64,000 bases of DNA. Origin: the human T2T-CHM13v2.0 reference genome, Homo sapiens. Position numbers and translations under genes: made by a program. Below the pieces are notes generated by a model. It worked only from the letters and a program-made list of their open reading frames with translations, did no database searches and was not told the origin of the DNA. The stretch's first letter is position 1. Every line of letters begins with the position of its first letter. The stretch lies in the NCBI RefSeq assembly GCF_009914755.1, contig NC_060926.1; one strand, given 5' to 3'. This document shows positions 25,206 to 40,397 of this stretch, in pieces.

Positions 25206-27040
25206 CCAAGCATGCCCACAAGGAAATATACAACATCACCAGGGAGTTTTATAGTGGGCCTTTGAGGAAGGTGGTATGTTTGCAAATATCACAAAATTAA
25301 ATATACCCTTAAGAACTAATGTGACAGCTTGGCATTGGAGTAGAAACTGCACTCGTTTCAGAAAACGGGTTTCTAAGATCCAGTCTACCACTAAATATCT
25401 GTGGAATCTGAGTCAAAACATGTCATTTTCTGGGGCTCAGTTTCCTCTACCTTAAAACAAAACAGATGGATGACATACTCAAAAAGACATTCTACAATTC
25501 TTTGATAAGACAAACATCTACACCGTAGTCTGGTGGGCAGATCTTTCTGTCAAGAAAGACCTCACAGAGGGCACAGTGGTAGGGTTGTCTGACATGAAAT
25601 GGATTCAGTACAAAATGACTTGCTCATATTCTGAGATACTTCTACATCTCTGTGTTCTGTAGATTCCTCATCTGGGAGACAAGCTAAAACAGAAAGCAAA
25701 GTGGCATTTGTGGGTTCGGGATACTGTGGAGCAAACCCTTCTTGTTTCTCTTAGAGATAAGCTTCAGTGATAAGGGAGAGGGTATTGACACCAGCAACAG
25801 AAAACCTATTCCTAAATGAAATTCAAATCAAATGATTCCACCCTTCCGAGAATTCTCCAACAGTGGCTTTTCCAGCAGCAGGAATCTGCAAACAGAGTCC
25901 AGCAGTTAATTTCAGTCTCCCAGCTTTGCCCATATAACTGTTCCAATCTTAGATTTACAAAGCCATTTCTGATGAAGACAATAAAAGCCTCCTTTCCTTC
26001 CTGTGTTGCCTTGTGCTCTGATACTTTATCAAAGCACATAGACAGTGGGTTGTTCTTAACCACATATAAAGCACAGCAGCCTCACAAATCATGTTTTACT
26101 ATTGCACTATGGAAACACCAAGGTTAAAAGGTAAGTCTGTGGCATAACCATATTGATTAATTGATGTAAGAAAGGTCAGGCTAATCTTTATCTTGCTTGA
26201 AAGACTACTTCTACATGGCAGGTGTGTTCCTGTGTGAAAAGATAAAAAAGAAAATATGGAGCCCCAATGCAAAGAAAATGGGGGAAATCTTATCAAACAT
26301 CACTCAGAAGAAGGTTAGTGTAAAGAGTCCTCATGCAAAGAAAATAGAGAAATCTTGTTAAACAATCTGTCAGAAAGGCAAAGCACTAACATGGGGCCTG
26401 GAAGGTGGATGCTATTTAGATTTCCCTTTATTTTTAGTAGGCTTTGTAGGAAACACCTTCACCAGTGAAAGAATCACAGAAGTACCAGGGCAAAGGTAGT
26501 GACTTTAGATAATAGTCTCACCCTCTTCCGTGTTCCTTGAGAACAGAAAAAGAGAGCTTCACACCTCTCTTCCCAACAAGACTGGAATCTGTTGAACTAG
26601 CAAAACTAGCTTCTCTGACCAATTCCTGCCTAGGTGAAAAGCAGACATAACACTGCCTTTCATAACATGGCTTCTGTATCCCCAGGGTGTTGAGGAACGA
26701 GGGATTTATCCCTAGCACACATGGAGATGCACATATATCTAAGAATGGCTTGTCCAGCTTCATTTCTGGCCTGAAAGAGATAAAGAGATAACAAGGTTTG
26801 ACAGCTGAAATTTAGAACCCTGAGAACACAGAAAGATACAAGTGCAAGTAAGGAAGGACTAAAGGCTAAATATGTGTAAGTGTGGAGAGAGAAAAATGAT
26901 CTAGGGACCACAAAGACACAATGCTAATCCTGAAATACACTGCTGTTGAATGAGAAGAAGGGACTAGGCTGGCACAGGGAGGGGCCTAGAAGGGTGGGTG
27001 GAAGCGGGAGTGCATGTTGGAAATTTTTTCTCATTAAGGT

Positions 27041-27108
27041 TGTATTAGTCAGGGTTGTCCGGAGAGACAGAACCAATAGGAAATATATATACGTGTGCAT
27101 ATAGATGT

Positions 27109-27143
<35 letters not shown>

Positions 27144-27651
27144 GCAGAGGGGATTTATTAGGGGCAATGGTTCAGGTGAGTATGAGAAGTCCTGTGACAG
27201 ACTGACTGCAAGCTGGAGACCCTGGGATGCCCATAGCATGGTTCAGTCAAAGTCCAAAGGATTCAGACCCAAAGAAGCCAATGGTGTAACTCAGTCCAAG
27301 GATGAAGGCCTGGGAACCTGGGGGAGAGGGTGACTGCTGGTGCAAGTCCCAGAATCCAAAAGCCAGCCAGCCTGGAGATTTGATATCCAAGGTCAGGAGA
27401 AGGAGGGTGCCCCAGTGTCAGGAGAAAGAGGTGAATTTGCCTTTCCTCTGCCTTTTTGTTCTATCTGGGCCCCTAGCCAATTGAATGGTGCTCACCCACA
27501 TTGGGGATGGATCTTCCCCACTCAGTCCACCAACTCGTAACACCAATCTCTTTGGGAAACACCTTCACAGACACATCCAGAAATAACACCTTACCAGCTC
27601 TCTAGGTATCCCTTAATCCCATCAAGTGGACACCTAAAGTTAACCATCACA
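27041..27651 (-). mobile_element. MLT2B-like ERVL solo LTR with internal (CA)n at about 27112-27139
   Basis: TGTATTAGTCAGGGTT...GAGAGACAGAACCAATAGGA at one end and ATCAAGTGGACACCTAAAGTTAACCATCACA at the other. Confidence 0.9.
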
Positions 27652-27699
27652 ATGTTCATACCTGAAAAAGACCTGTAGTAAGTGTCTGATACTAGATGG

Positions 27700-27990
27700 A
27701 CTAGACTATAATGTAGTCAACAAGCATGCCTCAGAGGCTTACTACAATAAAAGTTTATTTTTGGCTCATGCAAAGTCCAATGCAGTTGGGTGTCACTTCT
27801 TCATCTTATACCTCTGGCATTTAGAACATGTGGCCTTACCACAGCTATGAGGAGATGCCTGGAAGGTTTCATGAGATACCTTGAAGGACAGATCTGGAAG
27901 TGGGTTGCGTCATGTTTCTTACATCATGCTGGTCTGGGTGTAGTCACACGGCCCTCAACCAACTGCTAGTGGAGACAGGGAAATAGCCCA
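27700..27990 (-). mobile_element. Old MLT1 (J/K/L-like) LTR remnant
   Basis: CTCAGAGGCTTACTACAATAAAAGTTTATTTTTGGCTCATGC...AGTCACACGGCCC. Confidence 0.5.
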
Positions 27991-29184
27991 TAAAAAGGTG
28001 ATTTGTCTAGCTTTGTCTTAGAACACCAGAGATTTAAGTTTTCCTAAAGAAAAAAAATTCACTATTTTTTTCTGCACTATTAAATATCAGAAGGAGTTAC
28101 CAGAGGATGTTTGGAAACTTCACTACTATTTTAGACACTAGAGATAGGAGACAGGACTCATCTTTCTTTAAGTTCTACTTTTTATATACAATGTTATGCT
28201 TTTATTACTGTGTAGGTTTTATAGGGAAAACATGAAAAGTAAGCTAGCTATTTGAAATTATGTTCTTATTAAACTGAGCTTAATTATCCTTTTATTCACT
28301 GATCATGGCTACTACTTACAAGTAGGTAGTAGGCAAGGAAATTTTTATATTAGGGAAGTGAAAAAAGAAAGGGTGGAATAGGAGATTAAATGTATTTTAT
28401 TCACAAATTTACCCATTTTGTGGCATAAGAGCAACATGATTAATAATAAATACTTAAGGACATAAATCATAATACACTACTAATCCATATGTAAAATATA
28501 AAGTCTAACCTTAACATTATAGTCATTGAGATTCTGATAGGTTCTGTGAGACACATTTTGCATTTATGTGTCATTTGCTTCAATATATGTTAATAGATGA
28601 TAATTATATGCTTTTCATTTGGACAGCCCTTATCCAAAAACGATTTAATATTCGCATGTCTAATGGGTTGCACATGGCTATTGATCATTTGGATCAGAAT
28701 TCAATGTAAACTGCTGCTGGTTAGATTGGGAATTGTAATCATGGTAAAAAATAAATTACAAGGTCTCTGAAGATCAGTTCTGTTTTCAGAGTAGATGTGC
28801 TTTTAGATATGAAACACCAAATAGCGAGGTTAGAGGAAATCTCTGGTGGTATCATTCCATGGGCTTTCTGAGAAATACATCCACAGATCATCTGTAACCC
28901 CTCCACCATTATACCAGCAATATGAAATTTATAGGGAATGGTATTTTACTATATAAAGATAGTGACAAACACCAGTAAGTTATTTGTGAATTATAACTAT
29001 AGGCAAAAAGGGAGGCATAATTTGTAAATATAAATTTTGGTGTAATAAAATGTTGTACTCTTAAAATTATGTGATTTTAAATATAGAGAGATTTTGTTTG
29101 GATTAGAAGACATCTAAGTGAATATTAATTTAGATAAAGTAGACCTCTAGTGGCTTCAATAGTAAAAGGATTTTATCTTTGCTT

Positions 29185-31335
29185 TGAAAATTATTTTCAG
29201 TCTAATTACAGAAGAAATACATTTCTCATTTAGAAAACTTGGAAAATTTAGAAAACTCTATTCAAGACCACAAAGGATACTCACCATCCAACAGCCCCGA
29301 TATATTACTATTAATGTCTTAAGATATCTAGTTCAGGTCCTTCCCTTTGAATTTTTTTGGTCATGAGATATTTTAAATAAATAGAAACAGAAAAACAATA
29401 TATGAAAACCATACACATCTACCATCTAGATTTAAATGTTAACTTTTTGCTATATTTACTTCTGACCTCTCTTATTCACAAATAAGTAGATTACAGATAT
29501 AAATACTCTGCTTCTTTTTCCTCCCTCCTTTTTCTGGAATTAACTGCTGTGAAATTTCTGTTTTGTGATTTTACTGTGTATTATCTATAAACAATATATA
29601 GTACTGTTTTCATGTTTGAAAAGTAAATGTTATCATCATCACCTTCTTTGACATTGTGATTATAATGGTGAACACATTAAGTACCTGCTGTCTTTCAGGC
29701 AGTGTTCTAAAGAATATTACACATATTACCCTTAGAAAGTGGGTGCTAATATTATCATCATTTTATAGACAAGAAAACTGAGTACAGAGAGGGTAATTAA
29801 CTTACATAGGGTCTTACCACTTTCTCTTTTTTTCCCACTTACTCTTTTATTTATCCATAATGATATGTATGACTCTCATTCATTCAATTTAACTGTTGTA
29901 TAGTATTCCAGCATATGAATGTCATAGTTTATCTGTTCCCCTATTGACAGAACTTTAAATGTCCTTTATGTATTTCCTCGTGCCTATTGGTGGGAGTTTC
30001 TTTAGAGTGGTTACATAGAAGTTGAATTACTGAGTTAAAAATAATGTACATTTTATATTCTGTATGATATGGAAAAAATATATATGAATATTACAGCTCT
30101 CATTGCTTTTCTAAACTTTCTTATAAATTCTAATTATCTGTATTTTCTTCCTTTGCTGATATATTTTCTGTGACAGTTTAGTGACCATTTTTTTCCTTTC
30201 ATTCTTTACATATTTCATTTCTTTTTTTTTTTTTTCTCACTGCATAGGCAAGGACACCCAGTTCAATATGGAGGAGGAATGGTGACAGAGAGAGTACTTG
30301 TCTATTTCATGATTAAAAAAAGAATGCTTTGTAAGCGTGCATGGTATAAGTGTGCATAGTAGTTGGCTTTCAAGAGCCAAGAAAGAAGGCAATGAAGGAC
30401 TATACCTACAACTGGCCTGGGGACACTTTCACTTTATTCTGTTGGTCACAGAGTCCATCCAGATGAAAGGGGCCAAAAATAAACTCCATTTACTGATGGG
30501 GGAGTGGGCCCTTGATGGGGAGGCCATATTGCAGAATAACACATGGGTTGTTATTAAGTGTGCATTATTAAGTGTCTGTATTTGTTGTACGTATGCAGTG
30601 AGTACCCCTTATCAGATTGAGAGTGCTTCTTCTAGTACTATTTTGCTAAGAAATTTGTTAAATCTTATTTAATGCTTTTCTTCACCCTTGATAGAATTAC
30701 ATTGTTTTTCTTTTCTAACCTGCGAATGTGGAGCATTACATAGCACAATGTCTAAAGTTTAACAATCCATGTATTTCTGTGGCACCACATATTTAGTCAT
30801 GATATTTTATTTTTTGACAGTGCTGGTATTGTTTTCTAATATTCTATTCAGGTTTTTTACATCCATATTCAAAACTGAGGTTTGTCTATAATTCTTCTTT
30901 CTTGAATTATCTTATAAATTATTGATATGAAAGCTTTTAGCTTTATGGAGCGAGTTGGAAACTTTATTTTTTTCTACACTTTTGAAATAGTTTCTGAGAT
31001 TTTGGTAGAACTTGCCTGTCAAACTACTGGGGCAAGATCTAGGGGGGCCTACTAGTGGAAATTTTCAATTATTGCTCTGTTTTTTAAGTGGTTATAAGGC
31101 TATTAAGTTTTTCTACTTATTATCAAGTCATCAGTAGTAAGTTACAGTTTCCTAGTTATTTTTCTATTTTGTCTGAGTTTTCTAATTTATTGGCAGAAAA
31201 GTTTTCACAGTACTTCTTTTGCAAATTTTAAGAATCATTACTCTATCTGTGACTGTACTGCACATTTTATTCCTGACATTGATGTGTATTTTCCCTTTTA
31301 TTTTTAATCAGTCTTGCCAAAGGATTGCCTATTTT
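29185..31335 (-). mobile_element. Fragmented ancient L1M region with nested MIR (about 29660-29815) and MLT1-like piece (about 30340-30545)
   Basis: Degenerate antisense ORF2 tracts such as AGGACACCCAGTTCAATATG...GGTGACAG and TTTTTTACATCCATATTCA. Confidence 0.55.
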
Positions 31336-31532
31336 ATTATTCTTAGATATGGCAACTCATTAAGAACAAATTGTATGATGAAAAACTCTTCACACATGGC
31401 AGGTTAAGGCTCTACTTTATCCCCCAAAAGAGTTATAGCCTTCTTCATAGTCATTCACATTCTTGAGTAAGTTCACAAACCCAGAGCCCCTAGAACGGAG
31501 GAGAGACTTGATACTGTGAACATCATAAATAG

Positions 31533-32086
31533 TGTCACAGACTGCATTTCCCAAAAATGGCTGCCCTCCAATGGCTCCCAACCCATGTGTTATTCTGCAA
31601 TCTGACCTCCCCATCAAGGGCCCACTCCCCCATCAGTAAGTGGGTTTATTTTTGGCCCCTTTCATCTGGGTGGACTCTGTGCCAATAGAATAAAGTGAAA
31701 GTGTCCCCAGGTCAGTTCTAGGTATAGTCCTTCATCGACCTGTTTCTTGCCTCTTGAAAGCCAACAATGGTATAAGAAATGTGACTACTCTGAGACCACC
31801 ATGTTATGAAAAACCAAGCAACACAAAGAAAGAGAGAAAGGTCAGGGAGTATGGCGGTGCCAGGCCTGTAAATAGAAAGCCATGTTGAATGTCCAACCCA
31901 GTTAAGCTTTCAGTTGAGTCCAGTCCAAGTTCTATGTGACTGTTATTCATGAGAGACTCTTAAGAAAGACCTTACCCACCGGCACCCATTCCAACTATAG
32001 AAATATAAGAGAAAATAATTTATTTGGCTCTTTTAAGCCTCTAAATTTTGGAATTGTTTGTTACACAGCCATAGATACCTAGACCA
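31533..32086 (+). mobile_element. MLT1 (G/H-like) LTR
   Basis: TGTCACAGACTGCATTTCCCAAAAATGGC...TTTAAGCCTCTAAATTTTGGAATTGTTTGTTACACAGCCATAGATA. Confidence 0.75.
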
Positions 32087-32391
32087 AGTAGACACCATAA
32101 ACCCTTCCCCCACCCTTAACCTTCTCCCTAAGAAAACTCTTGTCTTTAACATAATGCATAGTATGACTTATGCATAACATACGCATTAGATAAATATGAA
32201 TAAGAGAGACATGCATATTATTAAGAGATTGTTGGATGCCAGCTCTGAGGTAACACTATTCCCTAAAGGACCCAAAATGCCACTGTGGTTCCATTTGGAT
32301 ACCAGGTGATAGATGTAGTATTGACTCAAGTTCACGTAACAGTGAGCTTATGTTCTGAAAATTATCTGAAATTATCCTAAAGATACTCAGT

Positions 32392-32392
<1 letters not shown>

Positions 32393-32425
<33 letters not shown>
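32393..32425. repeat. Poly-T run (33 nt)
   Basis: Directly visible. Confidence 0.95.
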
Positions 32426-32427
<2 letters not shown>

Positions 32428-32654
32428 ATCATAAGCCAATGTAAGTTGTTTAAAGCTGATAAAGTGGTAAATATAAAAACGTTACATAATACTACAAAAG
32501 TGAATTATTTCAAGGTATAAGGAATGTAGTAACAAGATCAAAAAGAAAAGAAGGCAACTGCAAGGAAATAAAATAACAGGAGTTTTTAAAATCATTTACA
32601 ACAGGAAATAAATGTTGATTGAGGAAATAAAAGACTAAGATAGTATATGTCATT

Positions 32655-32822
32655 AGATTAATACTTATATAGGGCTTGCTAGGTACAAGGCTCTGTTATA
32701 AGTGGTTTACAAATATTAACTCATTTAATCTTCAGAACAATCCTTTTATGTAGGTATTATTATTTATCCTCATTTTATAGATAAGGAAACTGACCCAGAG
32801 AGAGGTTAAATATAATTAGCCA
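32655..32822 (-). mobile_element. MIR
   Basis: CTCATTTAATCTTCA...CATTTTATAGATAAGGAAACTGACCCAGAGAGAGGTTAA. Confidence 0.8.
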
Positions 32823-32935
32823 AAGCCACCAGCAAGGATGCAAATAGTTATAATGATAGCCATTACAAGAAGCTGAAACAAGACTACAAACCTCTCAAGC
32901 CAGGTTCTTGCTTTCAGATTAGGCCTATGCCATAA

Positions 32936-33366
<431 letters not shown>

Positions 33367-33540
33367 ATCCATTTCTTTTCAAAGAAGGATGTTTCTCTCT
33401 ATGCATTTTCAGACTACCCCATGTTGTGAGATGGATAATTATTTAGGAATGAAGAGTGGGAGTATTGATGTCCACTTTGAGGAAGGAGACTACAAGAATA
33501 ATTTATTTGGTAAGTGGGCTATAAACACAAAGCAGATTTA

Positions 33541-34510
33541 AAAATAGGCAAAAGAGGTGAATAGACATTTTTCAAAAGAAGACATACAAATGGGAAACAC
33601 TCATATGAAAAGGTGCTCAACATTATTGATTATCAGAGAAATGCAAATCAAAACTATAATGAGATATAATCTCACCCCAGTGAAAATGGCTTATATCCAA
33701 AAGACAATTAAGAACAAATGCTGGTGAGGATGTGGAGAAACAAACGCTTGTGCACTGTTGGTGAGAATATAAACTAGTACAACCACTATGGAGAACAGTT
33801 TGAAGCTTCCTCAAAAAACTAAGAATAGAGCTATCATATGATCCAGCAATTCCACTACTGGTATATACCCCAAAGAAAACAGTATATCAAAGAGATATCT
33901 GTACTTCCATGTTTGTTGCGGTGCTATTCACAATAGCCAAGATTTGGAAACAACCTAAGTGTCCATCAACAGATGTATGAATAAAGAAAATGTGGTACAT
34001 ATACACAATGGAGTACTACTCAGCCATGAAAAAGAATGAGATCCAGTCATTTGCAACAATATGAATTGAACCGGAGGTCATTATGTTAAGTGAAATAAGC
34101 CAGGCGCAGAAAGACAAACATTGTATGTTCTCACTTATTTCTAAGATCTACGAATCAAAAAAAAAAAAATTGAACTCATGGAGATAGAGTGTAGAAGGAT
34201 GGTTACCAGAGGCTAGGAAGGGTAGTGAGAGATGGTGGTGGAGATGATTAATGCGTACAAAAGATAGAAATAATGAATAAGACCAATATTTGATAGCACA
34301 CCAGAATGACTATGGGAATAATAATTTAATCGTACATTTTAAAATAACAAAGAGTATAATTGGATTGTTTGTAAATGCTTGAGGCGATGGATACCCCATT
34401 TTCTGTGATGTGATAATTGCGCGTTGCATGCCTATATCAAAACATGTACCTCATAAATATATACACCTACTATGTACCCACAAAAATTAAAAATTAAAGA
34501 AGTAAAAAAT
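33541..34510 (+). mobile_element. L1MA (about L1MA2) 3' end
   Basis: AATAGACATTTTTCAAAAGAAGACATACAAATGG through TACTATGTACCCACAAAAATTAAAAA and an A-rich tail. Confidence 0.92.
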
Positions 34511-36689
34511 TCAAAAAAATCCCAAAGCCATGGTGATGTCAAGTGATGTTGAGTTTGTGACCACAGTTTCATCACTGCTATGCCCAAAGAAGGGAACTTT
34601 TCCTTTTTCTCTGGGTTTTGAAACGCTTTGTAGTTATAGTGAAGTAAACTCTTTGTTCTCCATCCCTGACATTAAAACAGTAAAGAAAAATATGCTTTGG
34701 TGCTAATCTTTGGGTTGATCTTTTAAATATCTCTCTAATTGAAGTAAGAAGGGTATTAACCCTGGGGAAAATGTCATGGACAACAAAATATTCTTGGCTT
34801 TGCAGTTCACAGGATGTGTTGGTACCAATTATAGCATTTTTTTCCCCAACAGAGTCGAATGTAGTGGAAGCCAAAGGACCCTACCAACTCAATGTGCTTT
34901 TTCAACACATTAACTGAGCCAGTAGAATTCATTTCAAGTTCATTTCTGCATGGATCATTTACAGTGTTAATTTGTGGGTTTGGATGATGACTGCTTTTTT
35001 TTTTTTTTTTTTTGCTTCACACTTACTGGTCACAAAATGAGTTAGTTAATTTTGTCACTTAATGGTTGCTATACTTTTCTTCTTTCTTAAGTAATGACTG
35101 TTTTTTTTGTCATCATTTGCTGGACTAGATCAGGTCTCCCTCTATGATTTTTTTAAAGACCTTGGTGCACACAGCTGCTTTGGCAAGTCAGGAATCAAAC
35201 TGACAGCCTATTGGAAGGCATACCCCATCACAAGTCTAAAGAGACACAGAGTGACAGTTCACAGACGCGGGTGCAAGGCCTGCCTCTCAATCTTCTTCAG
35301 CTGGCTAGGATCTTGGCTGATGCAGGGCGCCCATGCCAGACGGCAGAGAGCCTGAAGTAACAAAAACAGGCCCAGTGAGGTAATTAGGACTGACAGAATG
35401 TTTGTCTATCCACAGACTTCTTTGCAACAGGCAGCCAAATTTAATATATCCTATGAGAGTCTGAGCACATACGGTTTTTGCTCTGTCCCTGTTGAGATTC
35501 TTAAACTTTCATGATTATTATTTTGTTTATTTTTGCCACAGATTTCTCAATCTACTCTTTTTTTTGTGGATTTGTGACCCAAAGGGTGTCATGGCAATCA
35601 TCTTGTTTTCTTTTCTCTTGTGTTAAAACTCATCATGAACCATGAAGCCAGGAAACACATGAGGAAATGCAGACTCAATTAGAGCTGAAGAGGCGAGAAT
35701 GCTATTGGATGTCTTTGAGGGGTTATTCACAATCAATGTTTTTAGCTGCTATTATTGCTGTACCTGCTGCTAAATGAGAAGGGCAGCCTTCAAACTGGTT
35801 CAGGTTCTTCAAAGTGTGCAGTTAGCTGGGGACATAGAACCTAATCAAAAATGAGGTGATCAGATCTCAAAAATAAAGGGCAAGTATGATTTTTCAAGAT
35901 GAATGGCCTGGGTAAAGGACAATGCTATTTCTACCAGTAACAAGAGGCAGGCCATATGGTATTCACTCTGTTTATCTTTTCCCCATCTTCACTATGAAAA
36001 GGTAATTTAGATTTTAGTAAATTTCCAGAAATACAAACTTACTGGGCCACCCAGGTATTATTATAATTTTTTTTTAGTAAGTTCAGGGTTATTTTTACCC
36101 ATCAAAATAATGTAGGGTTAGAATCTAGCATATGATCTTAAATGGCCAGGAATATGGAGCTCAGGCAGAACTGGAATCTGATTTATTTCAAAAGCGGAGG
36201 GGTCTGTAGTAGTGGAATTATTTTTTCTTAGTTCTATTGATAACAACATTTATGCCAGAAAAAAATAATGTATCTGCCATAAACATGTGGCAAATAAACT
36301 CGGAATAGTGAGAGAAGGGTTGGGGGATCCATCTGGCACTTAGCGGATGTTCATGCATAAAAGTGGCTGTATAGATCTAAAACTCTTCATAGTGGTTTAT
36401 TCAACAGCCATTTCTTTTACCTCTTTTCACAGTAAGTTAATTTGGTTCAGCAATCAGATGGCCATGTCACCAGGAGAGGCTAGCCCCTTCCACATCCCCA
36501 GGGAGGGAATTTTGATAAATCTAACCCTGTCATGATAAGCCCATCCACCTTGCCACTGTTCAGTTTAGAAATAGTGCACATGATATTGTCCTGGACAATG
36601 AGTACATATCTGTTGCAGAGGCTTGGGAGAAAGATTTTTTAATCTTTAAAATAGTCTCAGGAGAAAGTTTAGTTGCTTAGCTGTCTCTA

Positions 36690-36940
36690 GTTAAATTAGG
36701 GTGAGGAGAAGATGCTGGACCTTCTGAATCTATCCTGTAATTATGAGAAGGAAGTAGAGGACCAAGACAGCATGTTGAAGATGGCAGAGTAGACAAGCAA
36801 AATATGGCTGATAACTTGAGGATGTTACTGCAGAAGCAAAATAACCAACCCCACAACCACTCTGCCTCCCAGCTTCTTGTGACATCAGAAAACAAATTTC
36901 CTGATTTTTTAAACTGATACTTAGTTGGGTTTTCTTCATC
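36690..36940 (+). mobile_element. Old MLT1 LTR remnant
   Basis: GAAGATGGCAGAGTAGA...CTGCCTCCCAGCTTCTTG...TTAGTTGGGTTTTC. Confidence 0.45.
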
Positions 36941-37697
36941 TTTTTTTCTTTTTTTTTTTTTTGCCAAAAATGATGCAAATATTGCTAGAGATAAATTATG
37001 TATTCCACAGTTAAAATCAAATCAGAAACCCACAAATATAATCACTAGTCTGTTTTCTTAAAGTTAATTAATTCATTTGACACGGGTCTAGAGATATTCA
37101 CTCATTCATGAATTCATTCAGTAAACAGTTATTGAGCCTTTATTTGAGCCAAGAACTGAGGATAGAGTTATAAACCAAATCAATATTGTTGTTCCTTTCA
37201 TGGAATTTATAATCTAGCAAGAAGTAAAGATGTTGAACAGGTGTAGTTAGAGCAAAATACCTTGTGGGTTCAATGATGACTTGATCTGCAGCATTAGCAT
37301 CTAGCATTTCAGGATGCACACTCAGCCAAAGCGGTTACAGCCACAGCTAAAGGTCAGAGAGAATCTGGCTTCCCCGTAATAGTGCTGCAGTGATTGCTGG
37401 GCTTCGCAGATGGAGCTATGGGGTGATGAGACTGGTCACTAGGTATGCAGTTTCGTACTTTCTTCTGTCCAGTTTACTAATTTACAGCACTTTCTTTCAT
37501 GTGCCATTTTTGCCCTTTGGACTGGTTAATTGGTGGTAAAACAACAAAAATCAAAATGTATTGATATAAAGATATAAATGCAATTCCCAGGAAACAGTAT
37601 GTCAAGTACAGGAATATTTACCTCGAATTATTCCTAATTAGTATTTGGGAGAGACCATGAGCCAGATGTTAAGTAGTTACTGTTCTTCACTAGTCAG

Positions 37698-37728
<31 letters not shown>

Positions 37729-37867
37729 GAAACTTTCCCACTCATGGCCTCTTATTCCAGTCTGCATATATTTATTGAAATTTTGCTATGCCCTGGGAAT
37801 GCAATGAATAAACCAGACACAAACATAGAAGTCTCCTTTTTATTCTCAAAGAGTTTAATTTTAAATT

Positions 37868-38095
37868 AAGAGCACAGGTTTGGGAGATAGCAGATTTTGA
37901 ATACTGGCTCTGCCACTGACTAATTGTGAGGTCTCAGGTAAGTCAAGAGATCCATTTGACTTTAGACTCTTTTTATGTAAAATTACCAATAATTATAGTA
38001 CCCATCACATAGGTGTTTATGGGGATTCCATGAGATAATGCAGGCAAAGCATTTAGCTGAGTATCTGGCACATGACAATTTTTCAGTAAACGCAG
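37868..38095 (+). mobile_element. MIR
   Basis: AAGAGCACAGGTTTGG...TGGCTCTGCCACTGACTAATTGTG...TGAGATAATGCAGGCAAAGCATTTAGC. Confidence 0.7.
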
Positions 38096-38819
38096 TAAAC
38101 GGTAGCCCTACTCAGAGCTTAAATATGTGCACAAGCAACTATAACACAAGCTAGCAGGCAGTATGCACCGTAAGATGCAGAGGAAAAAATGCTGCTTGAA
38201 TTCAGAGGAAGGAGCCTCTGAAAAGAGGATGGGGAGCCCCTTCAGGAAGGAGGTGCCATTTGACCTGGGTTATTCCAGTGCTGCTTTGACACTGGCTTTC
38301 CTTTCAGTAGTGGTTCACCTTCTGTGGGGGCCTACCCTCCAGGTTGTCAGGGGCAGGCTCAATCTCGATGAGGAGCAGGTCTTCTTTGTTTCCTGTTCAC
38401 ACCACTGACTCAAAGAAGTCACTCCCTGAAAACCAGCCCTTGGCACTGAGCAGAGATGGAAATATGACAGAGCAATCTATCCCCACTTAGTACTGAAGTA
38501 GTGAAAGTAGCAGTAGTAGTGACGTAGTGAAAAATATCACTTGTTTTCTCCTGGATTGCTCCACAGATAGTGCCAGATCCAAGCCTGTGATTTCGAAGAG
38601 CTATGTGATGTGAGCTGTGTAATAGATTATTTTGTTTTTCTAGGCTTAATTCAATCATATTTAAATAGAGACACTGGACTACACAATCTACAGAGGAGAC
38701 ACTATGGCAAGGACTAAATGGAATGCAGTACATAATGTGCTTAGCACAGTGCTTTGAACATAGCGGTCACTCAGAGGGTATCATCTAAATATTTATAATA
38801 ATAGGTTCTATAATACTAT

Positions 38820-39719
<900 letters not shown>

Positions 39720-40397
39720 CTGATCTTTTCACCTTAAGGGAAGCACTTTACGATGAGACCTTTTACTATTTCATCTTGGAGTACTCCTTTTCTATTTCAT
39801 TTTTTATCCCCAGAGCATCCAACATTTTGACAGATCTTTGTTTCCATGCAGCAATCTTTATAGCTGACTTCTCTTTTCATGCATGAATGCCTTTTCTTTA
39901 TTTCAACTTTTCCTTTCCTTTCCCTTCAAACCAATAATTTTCATACTTACCTAATCTGTGATTAGAGATATCATTTCCATATGTGTTATATTTAGCTTTT
40001 GTTTCTACTTTTCCTCCAATGGGTTTTGTTACTTGCCTTTTTTTTTCCATTTTCATTAGTGTGTGGCTTCTGCATTTTAGGCTCTTGAAAATAATCATTA
40101 TTTTAAGTTATACAGAAATGGATTAAGAAGAAGAGAAGAAATTCAATAATTTAGGAAATGTTCTGCTTCCCGGCAATATATTTTATTTAAGTTTTCATTA
40201 CACTTAATAGCTATTCATTGTAACAATTAATGCAACTCAAATGTGTAATCAAATATGTAACAAGTACTCCTCAACCTTAGCTAATCACATGCCCATGCAA
40301 TGAAAGTTAACAGTTTGTGCATCCTGTGTATACTTCTACCCCTTTCTCGATGTAAATATAACTGTATACAAGTACAAAGACCTTTTTCTTTTTTTGC

